A stretch of DNA of 63,502 nucleotides, counting the filler, from Sphacelaria rigidula (Eukaryota), in the NCBI GenBank assembly GCA_964200075.2. It is 8 parts of 8 records of this genome, joined end to end, with 100 filler letters (N's around TTAATTAATTAA, not from the genome) between each part and the next. Parts side by side here need not be neighbours in the genome. Positions count along the whole stretch, not along the records: positions 7,952 to 15,802 come from CAXNAA020013232.1; positions 15,903 to 23,752 come from CAXNAA020013233.1; positions 23,853 to 31,702 come from CAXNAA020013234.1; 5 more parts are not named here. One strand, given 5' to 3'. The notes below the pieces were generated by a model. That model made no database searches. It was given only the letters and a program-made list of their open reading frames with translations, and was not told the DNA's origin. This document shows, in pieces, positions 11,553-24,305 of this stretch (its first letter is position 1; each line of letters begins with the position of its first letter). The position numbers were made by a program, and so were the translations under genes.

Positions 11553-12729
11553 CGCCTTCGCTTTATTAGAGAGTTTCGGAAGATGTTTTTTTTTTTTCAC
11601 AGAGTCAGGGTGCAGAGTGGAAGCTTCGAAACTTCACAGTGGACGTTCAAACGTTCATAGCAGAAGCTGATGTGACGTGGCTTGACGTGATTGTTTTTGT
11701 CGCAGTGATCGGCCGCAGGTTGCCTCGCCAAATGAGCGACCGACCAGCGTCCATTTCGAAAGTGCATGGGCCGGCACAACACTGACTGTACCTTACGCAC
11801 CATACACCACGCTTTTTCACTGCACCTGCTGTGCTTCAATCCACTACGGCGCACTACAGGACACTGTAGTGCTGTGGTGCTATAGTTCTGTGCAGCGTGG
11901 AGCACAGGGCAGTACAGAGAGTGCAATACAGAACCCTACAACAGTGCATTGGGATGCTGTGAACTATTTTGCTGTACAGCGATGCCATACAGAGTCAGTT
12001 GTACAAGCAGTAGTACTGACAATACGGTACGCAGCACTTTCAAACAGCAGACCTCGGCCGCATTGCGATGATTTTTCCACATGCCACCCACAATGGTAGT
12101 GCAACACGTTATGATCTCCCACGGGATGGAAATACAGCAAGGTATAGTACTGCTTGTGTGCTGTAGACTACGAATGGTTCCAATTGTCTTCTTCGAGCCG
12201 AAGCTGGCAAGAGTGAGGAACTGCACCCAACGCAACGTGTACCCGTCGGGCATTTTTTGAATGCTGATACCATGGCGGCATCAGGGAGATCTTCTGATTG
12301 CGATGCGCAATCTTTTCTTCCTCGTGAATGGCCTTTTGTGATGAGCATGGCAGTTGTGATGGAGGATGAATGTCCCACTTTGCTTGTCAGGGTGTATTGA
12401 CTGTGAACGTGACGTGACCATGGTGGTGAAGGTGAGCGTGGTTCTTTTTCATTACGCTATGAACTCTGAAGAGGAACAACTGTCGCAGACGCAAAGATGT
12501 GTCTGTGTTAGGCACGCAGGGACCTTTACCTATCGGGGACACGTTTCACACCAGACTTCACTGGCTACCTAAATTACCGTGACACTTTCATCCCGATACG
12601 GTCAAACCTACGGTCGGACCACGCAACACAGAGTGGATCTTGCCTGTCTCAGTCCCAGTGCAGAAGTGAAGATGTGCGCAAGCACCTTGCTCAGCATGTG
12701 GGTCGATCCTTGGTGGATGATGCGTGTCG

Positions 12730-13908
12730 TTAGCAGTGGTCAGCAGATACGAAGTGCAATACAATAGTCGGGCGACGATTATCAGTTTTGCCTTCAGAAT
12801 TGGTTTGCTTTTGTGTGCTTTTCTCTGTGACCCGGTAGGGGGCGGAGTTGCACGATATGTTTCCCACCAAGTCATCATGAGACTGAAGAAGGTGTAGCCA
12901 TGATCCAATTGCTCTATAGTCCACTATACAGGGTCATTATCCACCCTGTAACACGTCCACATGTTCGAAGAACGGGTGCAGGTGGACTGCGAGAGTGTCG
13001 AGGGAATTATTGTTTCTACATTTTGGCTGATGCACGGATGGGATATGACGGTCCAAGATCCAAACGAAATATAGAAATGTCTGGGATTTTCTCGAAAACA
13101 AGAGTTTGAGAACGATAGTACCACGGGTGATGAATGATGGCGGAGGTCGAGGTTCGTTCGCCGTCGTTGGATTTATATGCATGACTTGAAAAGCGCTTTG
13201 AGCCATGACTTCCTTTGATTGTTATTTTGAAATGAAGGCAAGTTGAAGCATTGGAGCTTTGACGGCGGGGAGGCATGCGATGCATTCGTTTTTCACGGTA
13301 TTGCAGAAGCAAGAGATCAGGTGCGTGTTAGACGTGTTGGGTGCATTATTTCCGTCTAGCGTGAGGATGATGTATCATTTGGCTATTGCACTCCGTTGCG
13401 CAGGTGTTAAAGGTACAAAGAGTGCATTTTGTATGTTGAGAAGAACCTTATCTCGGATAAGAGAGGCGATGAGTTACGAATGCCCTGGAATTTGACGTTT
13501 GCTGACATTTCCGGTTTCGTGCCGATGAAGAGTCAAGAGACTTGTTTTGGGCGAAGATTTGAGACTTTGGCGCTAGCTATCGCTTTGTAACTCGAATTGG
13601 TGCAAGTAGCGTGATTGCATGTTCATGATGGACGATATTTTCTTGGAATCTCTCGCGAGTTGTTCGAAAGTGGGGCAAGCTTGTATGGAGCTGTTGTCGA
13701 AAGCAGCGAAGAGATTGCATTTCTTTGCGGGAAACGACGGTACTATCAGGCACCAATGATGTCTGAGTTTGTCAAGCTCTGATGTAACTACTCGTTGGTA
13801 GTAGAGAGCTTTGGGGGTGCTGCCTAGCCACCATTGTTACCTAAGGTCAGGGACATTGTAGGTGGAGTTGCGGGTCTGATTGCCGGACTCTGTGATGGTG
13901 ACCTCCAT
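12730..13908 (-). pseudogene. Decayed intronless reading frame of unknown family (~390 codons)
   Basis: A single frame from the ATG at 13908 (MEVTITESGNQTRNSTYNVPDLR*QWWLGSTPKALYYQRVV...) runs through the in-frame ORFs 12937-13206 and 12730-12924 with only about 7 internal stops. Confidence 0.4.
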
Positions 13909-15560
13909 GGCGAGTAGGCTTGGTTTTGCCACTCTGGTGGAGAGAGGCTATATGGTCCTGTTCTCCTGTACTATGCTGAGGGTTAATACATAATAAATAA
14001 CTAAAGCTGCTGAAGTCCATGTGCCCGTGATGGGAGGAGTCCACATGGCAATCTGATCTTGAGTGACAGAGGTCTATATATCCCGCCTTTTCGTGCCGAG
14101 AAAAGTCGCAAAACGTGGTGGGACCCTGGATTCTGTTCCATCATCTCACCCTCGATGGCAGCGGACCATAACAAATTATCTTGCACGAAGCCAATGGAGC
14201 ATCTCCCGTTTATGAGCTGCAGCAAATCGATTTAGCCAGGGACTCTCGCCAACCGCATCGGATTTCCGAAAACGCACTCAAAACATGTACCGACGGACCC
14301 ATTAAGAATAGCTCATAACCCATCAACACGGGAAAACAAATACTACTGCATCAGCAAATTAGCTGCAAAACACCGGGAACACTTGGAACTGGCTAACCAA
14401 AACAAAAACATCATGCTGTGCTGAACAGCAATCAACGGTACAACGAACACCGGACGCTGGGTTTCGGTAGACTCCAAGACCACCGCTCCTGCTCAACCTT
14501 TACCCCATCCGTGCCCTCCTCCTTGAGGGACAGTACGTGGCCTACACAAATCGCTGACTCTGCGCTATTTGATGTCATGCCGAGCGTCGACACTTAAAAG
14601 AGATGCGTCTTGCACGTCTTCTGCATGATCCTGCGGAAATGATTGATCGGGGGCAGCGGCAAAGGGTAAGGGTGATCGCAAGAGTTAATGGGGCAAGTTA
14701 CAGTCGATAGATCGGGCGCTTCAGTACAGCTGGGCGAATTTCAACAACTTCAAATTAGAAACTGGCGCAAACAGGACGTCCTTCTGTCCCGTGTGAGGAT
14801 GATGCTTCCAAACGTATCCATTTACTTGGCACCACGCGAGGACGATACCAACACATTCAACACTAGGCGGGTACTCACGATCAAAAAGACTTGGACTCAT
14901 AATGCCGAGCAGCTGGGCACTCTCGACTCCGGCGACATTAGACACGACATCCTCCAAGGCCTTGTCGAGCTCGATCGTGTCTCCGTCGAGGAGGTTTGTC
15001 TGGTGCGTGGAAAAGGTGCCAGCGACAGCGGGGGGAAAGAGACGGTGCGCATCAGGTAGGGGTGCGAGTCAAGAGCTATGACGCATATACATGGGTCGTG
15101 CACTCGCTGGGAAATCCGTCATCATTTGTGATACACACCCATATATTTTTTATTTGTATGTGGGATTCGCCATTTCCATTCGTAACCGTTGCGAGTCTGA
15201 ATGATGTTTGCATTGATTTCGCGGCGGAGAATCATTTCGATGAACTTTTTCCCGACCGTTGTCGCGTGTCATTTTCCAACGAGCAGAGCGTAGCTCTGGC
15301 TCCCTACAGCGACCCCCTTCGTATAAAATTCACCGCCCAAGCGCGCACTATCCCTCTGCGGAGTCTATTCTTCATCATTCGGTGAGTGAGGTTTGGACAA
15401 ATGAAGGTTGCTGACAGAGACGAACATTGAACAGCGACGTTGTAGTCTCACCCTGCTGGTTGATGGTACCCTCTAGTGATGGCCATATGTTTTTATTGTA
15501 TTATCGCGTTTCGTGACTTTTTGAATCTGGGTCTATTTTGTTTTTCATGGGTTTTTTGCT

Positions 15561-15660
15561 AGCCTTTGACGACGGAAGGGGTCCGCATTATATGCCCAGT
15601 ACGAATGTACCGCGCAGACATCGGAACGGTTTGTAACGTGAGGACGACAACGACAACGAT
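15561..15660 (+). repeat. Copy of the SINE-like 3'-end repeat seen at 1859-2163
   Basis: gacgacggaaggggtccgcatt...cagtacgaatgtaccgcgcagacatcggaacg...aacgtgaggacgacaacgacaac. Confidence 0.7.
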
Positions 15661-15902
15661 CTGCCGTCTCTTTTTACCGCAGGTGGCGCAAGCGCGAGAT
15701 GTAATGGATCCCACACGGGGAAGGCACGGCCTCAGCAATCGCGTGCGCGGACCGCTTGTGGGCATCATGCACTCGACAGGTATGAGGCACCCCTACAGCG
15801 ACNNNNNNNNNNNNNNNNNNNNNNNNNNNNNNNNNNNNNNNNNNNNTTAATTAATTAANNNNNNNNNNNNNNNNNNNNNNNNNNNNNNNNNNNNNNNNNN
15901 NN

Positions 15903-16130
15903 TATTATTATTGTTATTATTATTATTATTGTTATTATTATTATTATTGTTATTGTTATTATTATTACTATTATTATTGTAGTATTAATGATTAATATAA
16001 TTATGGTATTAATAATTGATATATTTATAATATTTGTAATGAATATAATTATTGCTATTATCATTATCATTATTTTTAAAATAATAATTATTATATTTCA
16101 TTAATATATTTAATCATTGTGTATAATTAT
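15903..16130. repeat. (TAT)n / AT-rich low-complexity microsatellite at a contig start
   Basis: Visible directly; it produces the spurious poly-Ile ORF. Confidence 0.95.
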
Positions 16131-18272
16131 ATCCGTCATATTAGCTCGATCTCTTGAACCCGTGGTCACAGTGCAAGGAGCATACCACCATATACCTATA
16201 ACCTACACAGCCCGCATGAAAATGTAAAAACGCGTGTACCGGGGGAGGGGTTGGTTGGTTCCTCAAGACCCCGGACTCGTCCCGAAGAAGCATCTACGTT
16301 TGCATGACCCGCTTGTCTGGGGGAAGCAAGGATCACATCCATGTAGCGTACAGAGAGATTTTACGTCAGGGGTGCACTTTTAGTCGAAATCATTTGTGAG
16401 GCTTCACACTAAGGCCCAAATGTTTGTCATCCAGAGGCTCCGACAGTACAGAGCCTCGAAAAAAATGTGTAACCCTACCGTAAAACCAGCCGCATGTTGA
16501 TTTGGCATGGCGATGTATCGTAGGAAGCAGTAACGAAGGCGCTCATGCCGTGGTAGATCGCTAAACTTTGTCGGGTCAGCGAATCAAAACGGAGTACAAC
16601 ATACATACGCTCCCAAGATGCAAATTGAGCATCGATTTCCGATGCAGTATGTGGACATGCACGCGCCAGTGTCCAACGCAATTTCGGACAGTACCATCTC
16701 AAGTATCCCAGAGTGTTGAATCGCGCAGCACGGAAACTATTCTCGCCATGGTCTTGCGCACGCCCACACGCGCGTGGGGATAGTGTTTCCTCATACTGTA
16801 CCCAGGAACGTTTTCCTCAGGAACGGATGATCTGTCGTTAGTCTATACCGTCACCGAACCACCGCCATACCAAGTTAGTGGACGGCTCACGACAGGCGCA
16901 CTTCTCGCATTCACCGGTGGTAACCTCGATCTCCAGCTCCAGGCAGACATGAAAACGGACACAGCTTCGTCCTGGTGGTACACGTCCATCTATGACCCAC
17001 GAGGCCATCACCACCGACGGTTGTAGGTGGTAGCTTGCGTATTGGCAAGTGGTCATGGAAGACGACCGGTGACATCAACATATGCATGCGGCATGCAAGA
17101 TGAGAGAATCTTGACTACAACATACCTAGTGTTGGTTTCACGCTCTTCTCGTATCGCCATTTTTGCACACTCAGTTGTCTCCGACTTTCGAGTAGTCGAC
17201 TTTTTTCGCTCTTTCAATACATCACACGTAAAAAAAGAAATGTATAATACTCTGCATCACATACTCTGCTACATTTACCCACAACCTCCACGGGCCCATC
17301 ATCATTTTCCTCCACGACTGATTCAGCCCTGCACGGAATCCCTCGTTCACGCATATCTACACGGACGCATCTATAACACGTCCCAATATGTCTACTGTAC
17401 TGCACTTGATACTTTTGACGTCCCTTCCCGGCCCTTCCTCCCTGCCGTACCCTCTCGCTCATCAAATCCAAATGCCACGTCCCTGTCACGAAAGCAGGTA
17501 CAGGTCGTGCTCGTACGTCACCAAAACACGTGGCGGCAACAATACACCCGAGAACTTGCAAATCAATCGAAAGGTTGCACACACACTCGAAGAAGTGGCG
17601 GTTTTGCAGAAGACGCTTGTACAAGAATGAATACCTTATTCCCCACCTGCAAAAACACAAAAAGTGATTTTGACCTCTCCCCCACCGGTGAACGACTCCA
17701 CCATCAAATTGGAAAATAATACCATTCGGTTACGGAAACAGACTTACCAAGGTAACCTGCAAGTAGTTGTCCACGCGGCATTACAGAGACAATATCACAC
17801 CCATATTCATGTGTAACCGGTCAGTAATTGGTAGCGAAAAAGGGCAACAGACTCCCGACCTCCACGTGTATTCGGACGTGCCGTGAAAATAGTAGTTGGG
17901 CAAACACAACAGTGCATTGCATTCACATACCACACGAAAAAACAACTGTACACACAAACCACCTCGGAGCACTCCCGCATTTCCGGCAGCGCTTCGCCCA
18001 CCGAGAAAAAGGCACAGCTCAGCAGTACCCCCGCACAAGTTTATTCTTCACGTTAGCCCTTCTGTGCAGACCCGTGCTCGAGAGATACCAGATAAACATG
18101 GAATGCTGACCACCATGCAGCACACACCAGAACCCATACAACACGAAAGCGCGGCGAAAACCGCACCAGGACGATTCCAAGAGCCGACGAATAAGTATGG
18201 TAACACGCATGGACGCAAACACGGACACATGCTGCGTGGATCCTTCAGCGCCCCAAGTGTTTCAGCTTGGAC

Positions 18273-21200
18273 TCAGTTTGCCTTGCGGTGCACCGATGCT
18301 GCAGCCGCGGGTGGTTCTCCGAGGCCATTGGTATGGCGTTTACTAGTGTGGCTCAGCCACAACTCCATAGCGCAAATGGACACGATCATTGAGCCCCAAA
18401 AAGCTGCACAGGTCACCGGCGGGTAACAAATCGAACAGCGCGGGGGGATCATTAGAGAAAACTCAGCACCGGCGACAAAGAGGCGTGCACAGTAGAAAAG
18501 AGTGCGCGGGAGACCAGATGTCACAAACGGACGGGCCATTCTCCATCATTCTCTTCAGGCGCCGCTGCTGCCAGGCGGTCAACCTGCTTCACCAACACGC
18601 TAGTGTAGACGGATCGCATGATTGTACAGGTTCGGACCCCAGAGAATACGGTCATTCCTTTCGCTCCTATCGTGCCAAAAACGCGAGAAACTTGGCAAAA
18701 ACGATCAAATTCGATTAATGCCTACGGGTTCTGGGGTCGCTCATCCAATTCTCGATTACAGAGTCCGAAACAAGCACCGGAAAGAGGGGCGAGTTGTTCC
18801 CTTGAGATTGCGTGCGAACCCATCCCGACAAAGGGGAGGGTCAGAAGTAGCGCAAAAAAACAAGAGTCGTGAAAGAGGCGAGTGAAGGGGAAAAAGTCGA
18901 CTGGAAGACAGGCTGTATTTGGCGCAAAAAGGGTATATTCCTTTTTTTACGCAACAGACCAGAACCAACCGGATCGATAAAAAATGGTCCAAAGTAGGAC
19001 GAGTTGCTCTTGGAATATGAAAATTCTTCGAAGCTGTGACTGCCTGCGCGCAATGTTGCGATGTTCGCTTTTCAACCGGTTCGAACAGAAATCGCTGTTG
19101 GTCACGAAAGAGCTGGCTATCGTTGCACGCGCTGCACAAGGTTGATCCCCGATTCAGGACCTTGGAATAGTGCCTCTGACGTGAGACGGGCAAAGATAAT
19201 ACGCTATAATTGTGACTAGCTTTGAGAAAACTATAGACCGTTGAATCGTCCGTTGATCTCCCCTCCCCATTTCTGAAGCTCCCCGAGTGAGACCAGCAGT
19301 AGTGGGATCATTGCTCTGTAATTAACCGACCGTGCGTACTTCGACGCTCAGGGGGGTAACTCACATACTCCGATGACGAAGACGCGCAAATCAGCGCCAG
19401 CCTGGGTAAGGTCGTTGTATTCTGGCATGAGCTTAGGCATCAACCCCCGCGGTATCAAGGCAAGGGCAACTCGCTGGAGGCTGACAGAGTACCCCGTTGC
19501 GACGTGGCGAAGTATCCACTTCCTGGTGATCGCAGAGAAGCACCGTAGCAGCAACACATGGACAAAGCGAGGAAAATGACATTTTTTTGTTTCTTGTTTA
19601 GCACCCTTTTCAGCTCCAGTACTTCCTCAGGACGAGCCCGTGGTGCTACTGTATCAAGGGGTTAACCCATCTATCCTGCTGTATACACCTTACATTTTGG
19701 TGTTGCGGATTGGATCATGACTATCAACACTTCCGCACGGGTTCGACTCTCGTAAAAAAGGCAATGATCCTTTTGTGCCGCCTACACCTTCACGTTGCTG
19801 TCAACCGCGGAAATCATACGCTCTTCACAACAACAACAACATCAAACAATGCACCCGCCAGGAACCGAACCCGTGTTATTCCTCCCGAAGTGTGTTTAGT
19901 TCGGCCGTTGTAGTTCTTGCATTTTACATCAACGGAGCGCGGCGGTACGTTGCACACGCGGCACTACTGTAGAGTAGAGTGCTCGAAACGCCACAAGAGC
20001 ACGGAAATACACCGGCGTTGACATCAACCTTTCAGGCGTGTGGACACTCGCCTGTGGAGAGCGTAATTCTTGTTCCTAGCATGTCGAAGAGCCAACAACG
20101 CGGCTACGAAGAAGTACCCCGTAATCGACAGTAGTGCTCCTCCGTGCACCACCTGCTTAAACGTTCACCGAGGAACACACATACATCGAAAACTTGCACG
20201 AGTTTGGCTGCTGTGGACTGCGCTATGCAGCGGGTCCGTAGCGTTCCGGACAGCGTCTATATGATGATAGGCAACGTTGGCGAGGTAATCGGAAGTGGTT
20301 CCTACTCTTGCATCAGATTGTGGACGTGCACGTCGTTTTGGTAAGGGTTTCCCGCGTTATGAATGTGCCGCCTGAAATGAAGTCGAGACATTGAGGAAGG
20401 AGAAATCGATGTCGAGGGAATAAAGAGGAACAATTCGAACGGAAGAAAAATATCAACATATATATATATACATATGAAGAGGGGAAGACAAAATCAACAA
20501 AGAGCAAAAAATAATATATGGATCAGGCTATGCTTTACAGCAGGTCGATACCACATCGATTGCCCCTCTACCCGAAAAGATAGGCGTCGCTTGGGCCTGA
20601 ATGTGCAGATTTCGACCTGTACAAAAACATTTTCGATGCGGGTTTCTGGCACCGTGGACGAGTTGGAGCGCGGTTGAAACAGACATGAACGGCCCCATTC
20701 AGTGGCATGAGGCTCCAATTTATCGAGAAGCAAATAGAGCTCGCCTTGTGATCGACTAGGTTGGTCGCACTCCAGTCGAGAGCACGAAACGGTGTTTTTT
20801 GCTCTGGATTAGCAAGTTTCACCACGAACCGAAATACCAAAAAAAAATAAAAAAAAACGGTACGTGATCAAAGTTAATGAAAGAAACAATAGAAAAAGGC
20901 TCTATTTTGAAATGAGAATACAGCGTGAACCTCAGGACTTCCCGCGATCATCCCCGTGATTAACTCGGGGATATTTACCCCGTCCCCTGGTTACAGCATA
21001 GTACCCTACACAAAGCACCAACCTTTGGTACCGAATATCAACAATTGGTGGCAATCGTGGAAACGGTCGTTATTCTTCTGGGTGTCCCAATGGTCCCAAT
21101 ATTGTTTTGGGCGGAGCGTTTGACGCTGTAACGGCCAGCCACTGTTAAAAAAGTGCCTCACAATTTTTGTCCCTTGCTTTTGCGTCAGACATGAACATAA

Positions 21201-22428
21201 CCATGGTGCCATTCAAGTCTTGATTCGACGTTCGCGTGAAACAGCGGTGGTTGATGCGGAAAACACTCGAGTGCGGCGAGAATCGCCGACGTCACGAAAC
21301 ACTATTTTTTATGTCACCACATCGCATTGGTTCTCGGAAGCCGCACTGTACTTCTTCTCGCAAGCTCACCAACACGCACGTCGGGCTCTCCCGTCTCACA
21401 ACCCCGTCTTACAAAACTCGTGTGGCGCTGTACTTTGCCAGTACTCAACCACAGCCCCGTCTCACCGAATAGTCAGTCGCAGTAGCTTTGCTCGTCAAAA
21501 GGCACGCTATCCCGACAGACATCGCTAGGCTCAGCGAGATGAACAGTCGCCCCATGCGTCGGTGGGCCGTGCGATGCTTGGATCTAAAGCTGGGGCTCAG
21601 CTGAAAGGGTGCAATGGTGATCCACAGGGCGGCTGGAAAGATGTGCAGAAGTCTTCCCGCTGTGTAGTACGGAGCATGCAGAGCACATCCATGGAGACAG
21701 ATTATAAAACAATGTGTTTGGAACGCACGACAGGCGCGCACCAAGTCAGGCGAAACCGGGCAAAACAGACCCAACGCCAGAAGGACAGAACGACAAAACA
21801 TGCACGTTGACAACACCACCGGTACGTGCGGATGCACGTGATTTGGGTCATGCCCCGAACAACTTGCGGCAGCGTTGACCGGCACTACTCCAACTTGCTT
21901 TTTGTTTTCGGGTGGCAAAGTCCTTCACTATCAATGTCGATATCAATATCAATATCGGCCCTCACGACAACAGAATAGGCACTGCGAGTTGATGTCTCCC
22001 TGCTCGCGCGATGTTGGCTTGAATATTGAAGTGTGTCTCCCATTTTCCGACGGGGATTTATGGACGGTTAGATAAGGTTAGAACACGGAGAACGAAGAAG
22101 CTGCCGTCAAAAAAGACGGGATGTGGGCATGTCAGGCACTGTCCGCTGGGTGCGACTGACGTGGGAATAGCTCGCCTGCGTGGCAAAAATACGACCACTT
22201 ACGACTGCGGGCTTAGCTGAGAGGTGGTTGTAATGGCGACAGAGGTGGTTGAGGGGCGGGTGTGTGTGCTCATATATTTGCATGCGTTACATCTGCCGGT
22301 ATAGGGTGGCGTCGGGGGCGTGTCTCTCACCGGGGGAGCGCGCATAGCGAAGGAGGGTTGGGGCTCCATCGATATCCACGAACGGATTGTCTTCAAATAA
22401 CGACTTTTCTTTGAATTCCAAGACGCGT
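18273..22428 (-). CDS. DUF2306-family predicted membrane protein, 3' five exons (5' exon not identified)
   Basis: Exons 22428-22331, 21659-21466, 20152-20052, 19522-19365 and 18403-18273 (stop) join in phase. They give RVLEFKEKSLFEDNPFVDIDGAPTLLRYARSPAGRLLHIFPAALWITIAPFQLSPSFRSKHRTAHRRMGRLFISLSLAMSVG...DYS|VVHGGALLSITGYFFVAALLALRHARNKNYALHRKWILRHVATGYSVSLQRV...VFVIGVSFWGSMIVSICAMELWL...KAN*. The HI..A..W....P.Q....R.....HR..GR and HR.W..R motifs are typical of DUF2306. Confidence 0.8.
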
Positions 22429-22690
22429 CTGTCGTCAACGTTACAGCGGGCAGAAGCAGGGAGCGAAACGCAATGACAAGATGAGCAGATGAATGGATAC
22501 CTTTTCCTTTTGGCCGTCGTACTCATCACCGTGCCCCGGTGGTGTCATGGTCTGACTATCGCCATTAGGGCGGAGAGAACGTGAGTTCCATTTTTGCCAG
22601 ATACGTTGGGCTTTTTCGTGCAAGTATCTAATTTCCACCATCGAAAGCGGGTGTACGTAAGTAGGTGAAAGGTAGTTGACTGGGTTTGAC

Positions 22691-22825
22691 AAAATGAGAG
22701 TTCACGCGGTGCGGGAGTGCTGACCCAATCCGCGAGACCAAATCGCAAGGCTTGTACCGGGGAGGGATGGCGGGGTAATTAATCCCTTGACACCACGAAG
22801 TCGTCCCGAGGAAAGGGGAGGGGTT
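22691..22825. repeat. Dispersed repeat family copy (inverted relative to 3073-3205)
   Basis: Aligns by eye with the contig 1 copy. Confidence 0.65.
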
Positions 22826-23287
22826 CAAAGAGTGACAGGAAAAAAAAAACATGGAGCGTGGGTACAGTACGTGAATCTAGAAACAATACCGAATCGGGAC
22901 TTCCCAGAGTTCGTTGGCTTGCTGATCGGTGCCGACGATCAGTCAGTACCATACTGTACTACTGTATTATGACTTGACTTCGTCCTCAACTGTTGGAAAA
23001 TGGCTGCCGAATGACTCGATGCCGACTCATGTCCTCATATTCCCGTGTACGGCCTGGATGATGACCGGAGCAAGTACAGCTGTTTGCACTCTTCCGCCCG
23101 GCATTTTATTTTTCAAAGCACTTTTGAAACACCGCGGTACTTTCGAAGATAAATATCGCGGGTCTTCAGGCTAAACAATGCACACCTAATCCCCTTTTTT
23201 CGTCAGGGTAAGCAAGCTAGCAGCACGCCACGTGGTTGACCGATTGCGACAACAGTTACATGTATTTCATCCGTGGGGGGCGTAGAC

Positions 23288-23480
23288 AGTGTTGTGAACC
23301 GAAGCTGAAAATGGCTCGGTCGGTTTTTCGGTTTTTCTCGAAAAAGTCGGTCGGTTTCGGTCGGTTTTTTGAAAAAAAACGAAAAAAACCGAAACCGAAA
23401 CCGAGCACTTCTCGGTCGGTTTTTCGGTCGGTTTTTCGACGAAACGAAAAAAAAAAAATGTTTTTTCGAATTTTTGAAGA
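23288..23480. mobile_element. DNA-transposon end fragment (hAT-like CAGTGTT terminus, TCGG/ACCGA subterminal repeats)
   Basis: cagtgttgtgaaccgaagctgaaaatggctcggtcggtttttcgg..., with many gtcggttttt/aaaccga motifs in both orientations. Confidence 0.5.
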
Positions 23481-24156
23481 GCTCGTTGCGCAATACGGGC
23501 AATTGGCATTATTATGTGACGAGTGACGAGATGGATCGTATGATAGCGGTGTCCAGTGGCCTTCCTGCCTGTACCTCCGGCCGCTGCGCCAGATGATATT
23601 AACACTCGACACTATAGTCTAGATATTGTGTAGATACAACTTCCGGCGTAGGTGTCATGAGGCTTCAAGTTGCTCGAAGCTGGAAATTGTTCCAAGGGGG
23701 ATGTGATATGTGAGCATGAATAAGCACTGTGAACAATTTCCAGCTTCGAGCANNNNNNNNNNNNNNNNNNNNNNNNNNNNNNNNNNNNNNNNNNNNTTAA
23801 TTAATTAANNNNNNNNNNNNNNNNNNNNNNNNNNNNNNNNNNNNNNNNNNNNACATGCTACACAAGTAAATGTTTCGTCTCATCATCGGAACCGGCGCAG
23901 CGAGACATGTTATGAATAAAACCTCACTCTCGATCGTACTTTCAACGCTCGATTTCACGGAAACACTGTTAGATTTGCCGGCAGGATTTTGCACCAATGT
24001 ACGAGGTAAGCGTTTTGTCCATTAATGATGCAGACACTCCCCGCCGCTGAAATCCATGAAAAGCCTACTTTCAATCGTATCGTAGATTCTCATTCTCACG
24101 AAAACATTGTGTAATGTAAAGTATACAAGGGAGGACGGGACCTGTTAGAGGGGGAA

Positions 24157-24305
24157 ATGCGAACCGTGAACGAAGGTGGCATGACATCGTTTGATGCATT
24201 AGACAGTAGTGAGAAAACGGTGGCTTTACTAAGAGATAGATGGTGGCCGCAGACGGCGAAACAGGATAGGGATAAGATATATAAAAGGTTTTTGTGCAAT
24301 ATAGA
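24157..24305 (+). mobile_element. Non-LTR retrotransposon 3'-terminal coding remnant
   Basis: FDALDSSEKTVALLRDRWWPQTAKQDRDKIYKRFLCNI resembles, from memory, a repetitive LINE C-terminal peptide of brown algae. It is isolated and has no splice context. Confidence 0.5.

Noticed and set aside
11800-12050. Imperfect hairpin centred near 11860 (gcactacag-gaca-ctgtagtgc)
   Set aside because: It sits in a degenerate 5-bp-periodic satellite-like tract where self-complementarity is expected.
15855-16070. Poly-Ile ORF
   Set aside because: Translation of the (TAT)n microsatellite plus spacer Ns.
17027-17719. 230-aa ORF
   Set aside because: Non-ATG start, no recognisable motif and non-coding-like composition.
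23203-23612. Several Lys/Phe/Arg-rich overlapping ORFs, or a possible first exon of the DUF2306 gene
   Set aside because: Mostly translation of transposon subterminal repeats. No phase-compatible splice donor could be identified.
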